From the IMG/VR virus record IMGVR_UViG_3300033075_001508, positions 31,914-95,913 of that record: a stretch of 64,000 nt of DNA; one strand, 5' to 3'. The translations under genes and the position numbers were made by a program. The notes under the pieces are model-generated. The model ran no database searches. It worked only from the letters and a program-made list of their open reading frames with translations, and was not told the origin of the DNA. The stretch comes from a virus. Its lineage: Duplodnaviria > Caudoviricetes. Positions 57,271-64,000 of the stretch are shown piece by piece. Each line of letters starts with the position of its first letter. Position 1 is the stretch's first letter.

Positions 57271-58571
57271 TAAACAACCAACTCTCCGATTGGCCGTCCG
57301 TCCGAAATCATCGGAGTCGGCCTGCCAGTGTGGTCGTTGTAATGGAGGTCTTGCGGCATCCCCAGGACATTGAAGACGGTTGCCATCAGGTCCTGCGGCG
57401 TGACCGGCCGGCTACGAGGAGCCTCGGCCTTGCTGGTGGATTCACCAACAATCAAGCCTTCGCGAAGCCCACCACCAGACAGAGCCAGGGTGGAAAGACC
57501 CGGCCAGTGGTCGCGGCCAGAATCCGCGTTGATGCGTGGGGTGCGGCCAAACTCGCCCGTAATCACCAAAAGAACGTCGTTCTCAAGACCTCGCTGGTGG
57601 ATGTCTTCGATGAAGGCGGCAATAGCCCGGTCGATGGGCCACACATGGTTGTTCATCTGGTCAAAGATGTTGCTGTGCATGTCCCACCCACCATGATGGA
57701 TGGTGACAAACCCAACACCGGCCTCAACCAGGCGACGAGCCATCAAAAGTTGTCGCCCAATCGTAGGGTCGCCGTATGCTCGCCTGATATGCTCGGGCTC
57801 GCGGAAAATATCGAAAGCCTCGCGTGCGTTACCGGTCAACAAGCCAAAGGCCTGTCGCTCAAAGTCGTCCATGGCGTTGGCCACCCCGCTTCGGTCCGCG
57901 TCCGCTCGGAAGCCGTCAAAGGCACGGAGCAACGAACGCCGGTCGCGAGCCGTATTCTCGGCCACGCTCATGTTGAGGTTTCGCGAGGCTTCGCCATTCA
58001 TATCGAAGGGTGCGTAGGACGCTCCAAGGAAAGAGGGGCCGTCCCCGAGAATCCCGCTTGTCTTGACGTAGGTCGGTAAGCCATTCTGGGTGGTCGCACC
58101 GCGATGTCGGGCAAGAATCGCCCCGAGGCCAGGACGGGTGGGAGACCCACCATTATCCACCATCTGGTTGTCGTATCCTGTCATCAGCCAATGCGTGCCA
58201 CCGCTGTGACCCGCATTACGATGGGTAAAGCTCCGCACGATAGCGAGTTTATCCGCAACGCCGGCCAGACGCCGCCAATTACCGCCAACCTGGATACCAG
58301 GCACATTGGTGTTGATAGCCCCTGTCACCGACCGGAACTCCTCCGGAGCTTCAGGTTTAGGGTCGAAAGTTTCGACATGGGTCGCGCCGCCGCCGAGCCA
58401 AAGCCAAACAACCGACTTGTTCCGACTGGCCCGACCTGCTTCCTGCGCATGGAGAAGTTGGGGCAAGCCCAACGCTCCCATTCCCAAAGCTCCGACCCGG
58501 AGAAAATCACGACGACTTACTCCGTCACAGCTTCGGCTTCGCCTACCACTAACGATATTGACCGTAGACAC
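57270..58571 (-). CDS. DUF1501 family protein with Tat-like signal
   Basis: SRRDFLRVG, WL.GG.TH.ETFDPKP, ARRLVEAGV, GGWDMH, GEFGRTPRIN and GRDHWP motifs. Confidence 0.92.
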   Translation of the reverse strand: MSTVNIVSGRRSRSCDGVSRRDFLRVGALGMGALGLPQLLHAQEAGRASRNKSVVWLWLGGGATHVETFDPKPEAPEEFRSVTGAINTNVPGIQVGGNWRRLAGVADKLAIVRSFTHRNAGHSGGTHWLMTGYDNQMVDNGGSPTRPGLGAILARHRGATTQNGLPTYVKTSGILGDGPSFLGASYAPFDMNGEASRNLNMSVAENTARDRRSLLRAFDGFRADADRSGVANAMDDFERQAFGLLTGNAREAFDIFREPEHIRRAYGDPTIGRQLLMARRLVEAGVGFVTIHHGGWDMHSNIFDQMNNHVWPIDRAIAAFIEDIHQRGLENDVLLVITGEFGRTPRINADSGRDHWPGLSTLALSGGGLREGLIVGESTSKAEAPRSRPVTPQDLMATVFNVLGMPQDLHYNDHTGRPTPMISDGRPIGELVV

Positions 58572-58578
58572 GCGTTAG

Positions 58579-58896
58579 CTAGCCTTTCTTGTGTAGCATC
58601 AGCAATACAGAAATTGCATCGGCTGACTTTGAGTTGATGATGTTCCGAAACGTGGTCTCGTATTCGTTTTCGCGTCCCCAAATACTGCGATGGCAGGTGC
58701 GACAAAGCGTGATGCCGTTGGACACCACAAACCTAAGCTCTGGGAATTCTGCCCAGCGTTGAATGTGATGGGCGTTCAAACTCGCTTTCTTGCGAGTACA
58801 CCCCGGCATCTGACACTTGTACTTATCTCGTTTGTAAACAGCGTCTCGCCACTTCTTGTATTCGGGGCTATCGTAATCACGAGGGCTTGAGCCCAT
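58579..58896 (-). CDS. Small HNH endonuclease (packaging-associated type)
   Basis: WR..V.KRD...CQ...C...AHHI...NGITLC..CH. Confidence 0.9.
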   Translation of the reverse strand: MGSSPRDYDSPEYKKWRDAVYKRDKYKCQMPGCTRKKASLNAHHIQRWAEFPELRFVVSNGITLCRTCHRSIWGRENEYETTFRNIINSKSADAISVLLMLHKKG

Positions 58897-60148
58897 AACT
58901 TGCCTTTAGCTGACTGGCGTACTCTTCTCCGCACACTTCCGCAATGTCTGCATACACCATTCGCTCAACTAATTGCTCAAAACCGACTTGCGGCTTCCAA
59001 CCAAGCTTGTCGAGAGCTTTGGTCGCATCTCCCTTGAGGAAAGGAACCTCGCAGGGCCGGAATAGGTTGGGGTCAACCTCAAGGACTTCGTCCAAGTCGG
59101 TGATGCCGACCTTCGCAAACGCGAGTTGAGCAAACTCCCGCACGGAGTGGGCTTCGCCGGTCGCCAGCACATAATCGTCTGGCGTACCCTGCTGGAGCAT
59201 CATCCACATGCCACGGACATAGTCTTCAGCGTGACCCCAGTCGCGCTTCGCGTCCAAGTTGCCGAGCCGCAGCTTCGCTGGCGGTTCATCAGAACGAAAC
59301 ATGCGGTTTTGTAGGTCCGCGATATATCGCGTAATCTTCCGCGTAACAAACGTCTCGCCTCGCCGTTCGGATTCGTGGTTGAAGAGGATGCCGCTGCACG
59401 CAAAGATTCCGTAACTGTCGCGGTAAACCCGGCATAGGTGGTGAGCGGCGAGCTTGGCGATGGCGTAGGGCGAGTTGGGAAGAAATGGGGTGTTCTCGTC
59501 CTGAAATGGTAACGGAAAATGTTCTGAGCCAACACCATACTTTTCCAGGTCTTCCTTCAAACGGCGACGAATGTATTCTTTGTCGTCCCGCCCACAATAG
59601 TTTGACGTCCAAAGGTCTTCCACCTTTGTTGTGTTGAAGTCAAAGTGTTCAACGATGCAATACCTATCGTAGTCGCGTGGCATGCTGTATGCCGACCCGA
59701 ACATCTCGCTCGAAGACGCCTGGTAGAACCGAACGTATCCGTCGAACCCATTTCGACGCGGCAGCAATAAACGAATCGCTTCGAGGATGTTCAAACATCC
59801 CTTGTATGTCACATCCGTTGTTAGCGAGGCTTGGTCGAAGGACACCCCAACATGGCTTTGCGCGGCCAGGTTGTAAATTTCGTACCGAATCCCATCGAAG
59901 GCGTCAGTGGTAGGTTCTTGAGCAAGCGGGTCGTACTCGTAAATGATGCCAGCAACAGACGCTGGGTCAGTCACGTCGCCCAGGACGTATCGGAAGTTGG
60001 GGTTAACGAACAAATGTTTGATTCGCTCGTAATTTGGGGAGGATGTTCGTCTACCGACCCCAACTACCTTGTAGCCCTTCGAAAGCAAAAGCTCGGCAAG
60101 GTAGGACCCGTCCTGACCCGTAACGCCGAAGATAACCGCCGTCTTCAC
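58877..60148 (-). CDS. gmd: GDP-mannose 4,6-dehydratase with loop insertion
   Basis: GVTGQDGSYLAE, YNLAAQSHV, YQASSSEMFG, SPYA.AK, LFNHES.RRG..FVTRKI and LGNLDAKRDWG motifs. Confidence 0.93.
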   Translation of the reverse strand: MKTAVIFGVTGQDGSYLAELLLSKGYKVVGVGRRTSSPNYERIKHLFVNPNFRYVLGDVTDPASVAGIIYEYDPLAQEPTTDAFDGIRYEIYNLAAQSHVGVSFDQASLTTDVTYKGCLNILEAIRLLLPRRNGFDGYVRFYQASSSEMFGSAYSMPRDYDRYCIVEHFDFNTTKVEDLWTSNYCGRDDKEYIRRRLKEDLEKYGVGSEHFPLPFQDENTPFLPNSPYAIAKLAAHHLCRVYRDSYGIFACSGILFNHESERRGETFVTRKITRYIADLQNRMFRSDEPPAKLRLGNLDAKRDWGHAEDYVRGMWMMLQQGTPDDYVLATGEAHSVREFAQLAFAKVGITDLDEVLEVDPNLFRPCEVPFLKGDATKALDKLGWKPQVGFEQLVERMVYADIAEVCGEEYASQLKASYGLKPS

Positions 60149-60363
60149 TAAGTCCTCTTTCCCTTTTTCGTTTGTTCGTACTTGATGGCGATGAACCAGT
60201 TCCTCAGATGAACCCGAATAAACCGTTCGGCTTTTTCAGGCGGCACGCCATGCCTCTCAATCCCGTTTACCACCCTGTCGACGTACGTCGCTTGGCAAAC
60301 CTCAAGGCTATATCGCTCGGCTAGTTCAGCTGCGACCTTACGGGCAAGCAGTGTGTAATCCAT
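60148..60363 (-). CDS. Small hypothetical protein
   Basis: Start MDYTLL at 60363 overlaps the upstream stop (TGATG). Confidence 0.55.
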   Translation of the reverse strand: MDYTLLARKVAAELAERYSLEVCQATYVDRVVNGIERHGVPPEKAERFIRVHLRNWFIAIKYEQTKKGKRT

Positions 60364-60824
60364 CACGACGACCCACAAAACATTGGCATACACACGATTA
60401 TTTGCGGAAACCCGCAATGGGGACAGTTGGTGCTGGTCCCGTAGTCGGCCGGAAGTTCTACCCAGCAAACGGAACAGTGGTTATGCGGCCCCTTGGACGA
60501 TTCCATGCCGGGAACAGGGAGAGGTCTTTCGACTTGCGGTCCAATTGGGGGGACACCAACCATTCTCTCCGTATCAATCTGCGTCCATCCGTACCTCTGA
60601 GCGAGTATCTCTCTCGCAACGTCTGGCTCGGCGAAGACTGACCAAGGACCACAAGTGCCGCCTTTCGCCAGGAATTTGAAGACATTAGCAGGGAAGCATT
60701 CCATGAGTCTCTTGTACTCATTGTGCGCTGTCCCGTAGGACGGCCAGGAAAACACTTCCACGAAGCCCTCGGGCGGCACGAACGTGTAGGGGCCTGGAAT
60801 CAGAATCTCTTCCGGATTAAGCAT
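60363..60824 (-). CDS. Hypothetical protein with C-terminal Zn ribbon
   Basis: CSVC...CPHCG. Confidence 0.6.
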   Translation of the reverse strand: MLNPEEILIPGPYTFVPPEGFVEVFSWPSYGTAHNEYKRLMECFPANVFKFLAKGGTCGPWSVFAEPDVAREILAQRYGWTQIDTERMVGVPPIGPQVERPLPVPGMESSKGPHNHCSVCWVELPADYGTSTNCPHCGFPQIIVCMPMFCGSS

Positions 60825-61197
60825 TCAACCACTCCACGCCATCATCATCGGCCCGAAAAGGAATCTCCCCACGACCGACGCGGGTGAGAAACGCCTCCAT
60901 GATTTTGGCTCCAACCAACGCCTGTTCTTGAGTAAGACGATACAACTCACTGCTAAAGTCGACCATTAGGCCAAACTGCTCACCATCATAGTTGATGAGA
61001 AGTCCGAAGTTATGTCTTCCTTTTTGGTTGTTATAACCCACCGCCAAACAGTTGATTTTGTCGTGAAACCAACTCTTTCGTACGAACATGTGCGCCAGGT
61101 CTGTGGAAATTACCTGAAGTGCCCGAGCAAACACGTCCTGTCTGGTGCCTTGGAGGGCGGGCACATCAAACAGCTTCATAAGACTATCAATCTTCAC
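60817..61197 (-). CDS. Hypothetical protein
   Basis: Overlapping neighbours in the operon. Confidence 0.55.
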   Translation of the reverse strand: MKIDSLMKLFDVPALQGTRQDVFARALQVISTDLAHMFVRKSWFHDKINCLAVGYNNQKGRHNFGLLINYDGEQFGLMVDFSSELYRLTQEQALVGAKIMEAFLTRVGRGEIPFRADDDGVEWLNA

Positions 61198-62044
61198 TTT
61201 CGTCCTCTAAATCCACCGTGTCTGGGGAAAGAATTGGCCTATCAATAATACCGTCTTCAAAAGTGTGGAGCCTACCGAGCCGCTGGTACTCCTTGTCGCC
61301 GGCCATTTTCATCAACCCGGCCTCGCGACCTTCTCGTTCGGCGATATCTTTTTGCATGAGGCTTTTCAACAAACCTAAGAACGACACCTTACCCGTTTCG
61401 ACGTCCTTGATGCGTTGGGCGCGGGTCGCCTTCAGGTCGTTCATCAGGCGGTCGTAACGTTCTTGGAGTTTAACGAACTCGTTTGTTTTGTTTTGCTCGG
61501 CCGACCGAAGCTCGACCAACTTGCTTTCAAGACTGAGGTAGAAGTTCCGCGCGCTTTCATCCCACATGGCAGCGTCGTCGCCATTGGTCTTCATGAACGT
61601 TTCCTGCTGACGTTCCAAGCGGGCGATGTCTTCGCGAGCCCTTCGCCGTTCGATGAGGTTGCGGCTTTTGAGGAGGTCGACCTTGATTGCGTCGAAGATT
61701 TGACTTTCTTCCGAGGCTTGGACGTTGTTGTCGAACTGGCTGACCAGCTTGATGAACTCTTCCTCGAAGTAGCGAATCTCGTCGGTCGTAAGCTCTTGCT
61801 TCAGTCGACGCCACTTTTCAGAGGCGCGAAGCTCTTCCCTGATTTCAATTTGTTTGGTGACACCCACGCTCGATACGACCGGTGCCTGTTTGGTGACCAC
61901 CAACCGGTTCTTCCGGATAAAGTCCGTCACCGTCTCCGGTGTGCGGTTCAACTTGACCGCAATTTCAGCAGGAGAGAGTAGGTCGGCCTTGTCCAGAATG
62001 AACTTCCGCTCCCTCTCGCTGAGTCTACCCCTCTTCGACATCAA
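61187..62044 (-). CDS. HTH plus coiled-coil protein, candidate terminase small subunit
   Basis: N-terminal LSPAEIAVKLNRTPETV HTH, then coiled coil; upstream of the packaging genes. Confidence 0.45.
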   Translation of the reverse strand: MMSKRGRLSERERKFILDKADLLSPAEIAVKLNRTPETVTDFIRKNRLVVTKQAPVVSSVGVTKQIEIREELRASEKWRRLKQELTTDEIRYFEEEFIKLVSQFDNNVQASEESQIFDAIKVDLLKSRNLIERRRAREDIARLERQQETFMKTNGDDAAMWDESARNFYLSLESKLVELRSAEQNKTNEFVKLQERYDRLMNDLKATRAQRIKDVETGKVSFLGLLKSLMQKDIAEREGREAGLMKMAGDKEYQRLGRLHTFEDGIIDRPILSPDTVDLEDESED

Positions 62045-62642
62045 TATCTCCCTTCAGAATATCTTGCACTGCTTGTATGACCAGGCGGCGCTTAGACTTA
62101 GGGACTGAGACGCCCGCCTTCATCTGGAGGTACACCGAACGTAGCTCGATAGGGAGTTTCTCGTCCACAAGACGGATAAGTTCGGCCTGTTCCGCATCCT
62201 GTTCGACCGACGACTCGGTTCTGGCTTTACTTTCCTGTTCCTCGGAAAGATGTTCGATATCCCGAGGCGACATCAGATTCGCCTTGGCAGAGTTGCGTTG
62301 CAGCCATGATGCGTACTTGTTGCAGTACGCGCCGTCCGCCTGGCATGCCGTGCCGGAATGACACTTCTTGCAAGGTGGGTCGTTGCGCCTGAGCTTGTTG
62401 CGGATTAAATTGCAGAGTCGATTGCGGATGTGCGTGTAGACGAAGTTGTCGAGCGGCCGAACGTTGTCGTAGCCTTCCATGGCTTCCAACCCCATAATCC
62501 TGGCTTCCTGCTGAATGTCTTCCAGCGAATAGTAGCCAAAGACGAATGTAGGGGCGAGAATACGAACTGCTTTTTCGATGGATTCGAGGACGTCTTTCTC
62601 GGTCTTTCCAGGCGGGACCTGGAACTTGTAATCATTACTCAT
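62025..62642 (-). CDS. Phage-encoded sigma70-family factor
   Basis: Region 2: YSLEDIQQEARIMGLEAMEGYD...LDNFVYTHIRNRLCNL. Truncated region 4-like segment: L...LR.VY. Confidence 0.8.
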   Translation of the reverse strand: MSNDYKFQVPPGKTEKDVLESIEKAVRILAPTFVFGYYSLEDIQQEARIMGLEAMEGYDNVRPLDNFVYTHIRNRLCNLIRNKLRRNDPPCKKCHSGTACQADGAYCNKYASWLQRNSAKANLMSPRDIEHLSEEQESKARTESSVEQDAEQAELIRLVDEKLPIELRSVYLQMKAGVSVPKSKRRLVIQAVQDILKGDIDVEEG

Positions 62643-63006
62643 CTTGTCTTGGATTGTTTGCTTGTTGTTCGTCCTTCCAAAATTTAGGGTGATAACGGAC
62701 GATGTCGGTTACGTTTGAGAGGTTGTAACGGTCAATGTTTAAGGCGGGGAAAAACACCACCGCGTTCATGTTATGTATCACGAAGCCGAACCCGGCTCCC
62801 CGGGCCTCCTCGGCCTCCTTGCGATTCAACTTGGCCGGCAAAAGAAGCTTCAATCTTCGAGACAACTCGAAAATTGGGCAATCAACATAAACCACCCTGC
62901 CGCCAAGGGCTCCGCTTTCCTTATCGCGCAGGAATTTGAGCAGGAGAGCCAGCACATCCTCTTCCTGCTCAAGGTGGTGTTCTCGAATTTCGGGGGCGAA
63001 GCTCAT
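62635..63006 (-). CDS. Hypothetical protein
   Basis: Overlaps the sigma start. Confidence 0.55.
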   Translation of the reverse strand: MSFAPEIREHHLEQEEDVLALLLKFLRDKESGALGGRVVYVDCPIFELSRRLKLLLPAKLNRKEAEEARGAGFGFVIHNMNAVVFFPALNIDRYNLSNVTDIVRYHPKFWKDEQQANNPRQDE

Positions 63007-63009
63007 GGA

Positions 63010-63261
63010 TTACCAACATCCTGTTGCGCCAGGAGGCGGCAAATAACAGCCGCTTCCTTGAAACTCGGCACCCTCCACAAAAAAGCCGTCGAGGCTGAGA
63101 CGCCTAGCAGAAGTCGGCGAGGAGGAGCCGTCGCCTTTGCTCCGGGTCGGCCGGGAGGAGGGCGAGGGAGATTTCGAAGGCGAGGTCTCGCCCTTCGGTG
63201 GTTCCTGATTGAACGGGATGAAGTTGGTCAAGTCTGATTTGTTCGCTTCCGGTTTTTTCAT
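63010..63261 (-). CDS. Ser/Pro-rich small protein
   Basis: Fits the operon gap; low complexity. Confidence 0.45.
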   Translation of the reverse strand: MKKPEANKSDLTNFIPFNQEPPKGETSPSKSPSPSSRPTRSKGDGSSSPTSARRLSLDGFFVEGAEFQGSGCYLPPPGATGCW

Positions 63262-63272
63262 TTTCGTGCTTA

Positions 63273-63584
63273 TTATCCATTATTGATGACATCGAACTGT
63301 TCCCCGGTTTGGTTTCCTGCGTACACATCAGCCACGAACCCAGCGGCCTTCTCGCGAAGCTTTCGCTTGGCGTACTCTTCGGTTTCCCGTCGCCACTGAT
63401 TCGTGCGCACTTGGCCGACAATCACCTCGTACGAATCCGGCATCTGCGCCTCGTGGAGTCGGCCGGCCTCAGCTAAGGCCTTGAACCGGCGTCGGCGGGT
63501 AATTCTCGCCTCTTCATTGTTGAGTCGGTCCACAAACCTCGCTTCGCTTCGGCTGTCGACTACGACAAAGATTTCCTCTACCAC
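63273..63584 (-). CDS. Hypothetical protein
   Basis: GGAGG RBS then GTG at 63584, just after the upstream stop. The ORF-track start at 63803 is probably overextended. Confidence 0.55.
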   Translation of the reverse strand: MVEEIFVVVDSRSEARFVDRLNNEEARITRRRRFKALAEAGRLHEAQMPDSYEVIVGQVRTNQWRRETEEYAKRKLREKAAGFVADVYAGNQTGEQFDVINNG

Positions 63585-63586
63585 TT

Positions 63587-64000
63587 TCAGTTTCCTCCGG
63601 GCGTTACCGCCCCGCGTTGTTTCTCGTAGATTTCCAATGCTTGCTTTGCCAAAACCAAGAGGGTCGCGCCGTCCAGGTGCTGACCATCCAACTCGAACAC
63701 ATCTCCCGAATGAATTTCCTTGAATGCCCAACCGAGGTGAATGAGCAGGGAGCCATTGTTGTCGAACGGCAACCCGAGTCGCCAGCAGTTGCATTTGGTA
63801 CACAACGCCGCTAAAGATAAATGCTTAAACCCCGGATTGGCAACCGCATAGAACTCGATGCCCCACTTGAGAGGGGCTTTGCAGCAGCCGGATTCGCCGT
63901 GTTGCGGATGGACCGGGACCTCGACCGGGAAGTTTACATACCGGTGATAGGGGCCTTGCCGACCCAACTCAAATAACTCTTTCCTGCTCAGGTCCTTGAC
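63587..64000 (-). CDS. Protein with a tail-tube-like 26-aa segment and Cys-rich domain, 5' truncated
   Basis: Frame is open to the window edge: VKDLSRKELFELGRQGPYHRYVNFPVEV...GCCK...CTKCNC. Confidence 0.7.
   Translation of the reverse strand, partial: VKDLSRKELFELGRQGPYHRYVNFPVEVPVHPQHGESGCCKAPLKWGIEFYAVANPGFKHLSLAALCTKCNCWRLGLPFDNNGSLLIHLGWAFKEIHSGDVFELDGQHLDGATLLVLAKQALEIYEKQRGAVTPGGN

Noticed and set aside
59510-59695. Gmd insertion as an intein or intron
   Set aside because: No intein terminal residues, too short, stays in frame, and no group I/II core was recognised.
60750-60824. EEILIPGPYTFVPPEGFVEV as a second tail-tube-like peptide
   Set aside because: Only GPY and VEV match, and gaps are needed; indistinguishable from chance by eye.
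63584-63803. 5' extension of ORF 63273-63803
   Set aside because: It overlaps the upstream gene, and a GGAGG plus GTG start at 63584 fits better.
1-64000. Stop-codon reassignment, CRISPR arrays, tRNAs, integrase, reverse transcriptase/DGR, tail sheath
   Set aside because: Genes are full length in the standard code and TAG, TGA and TAA all end genes. None of these elements was recognised by manual reading; dedicated tools were not run.

Overview
The window is a 64-kb segment of a large tailed dsDNA phage with a long, probably non-contractile tail (no sheath gene is seen). The likely host is a planctomycete, based on a Tat-signal DUF1501 gene. There are two convergent blocks. The + strand block (1-19103) holds a kinase, a C39 peptidase, a ~13-kb nucleotide-sugar and glycosyltransferase cluster (one GT carries a 338-aa intein), several homing endonucleases and a putative recombination gene. 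The - strand block (64000-19084) runs from a phage sigma factor through gmd, HNH, DUF1501, ERCC4 nuclease, terminase, portal, protease/scaffold, decoration, capsid, neck, tail tube and a 3613-aa tape measure to the tail-tip genes. Four observations stand out. (1) A separate small protein at the right edge carries a 26-aa copy of a tail-tube loop (17/26 identical, mostly with different codons), a possible structural mimic or decoy. (2) The tape measure is punctuated by four repeated modules and embeds a sigma-factor-like segment and a zincin HExxH domain. (3) A recurring CGGTGTAT motif lies upstream of late genes, a candidate promoter for the phage sigma. (4) A heptose/GDP-deoxy-sugar pathway with GTs is interleaved with morphogenesis genes. 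All assignments come from manual motif reading; no database searches were run.
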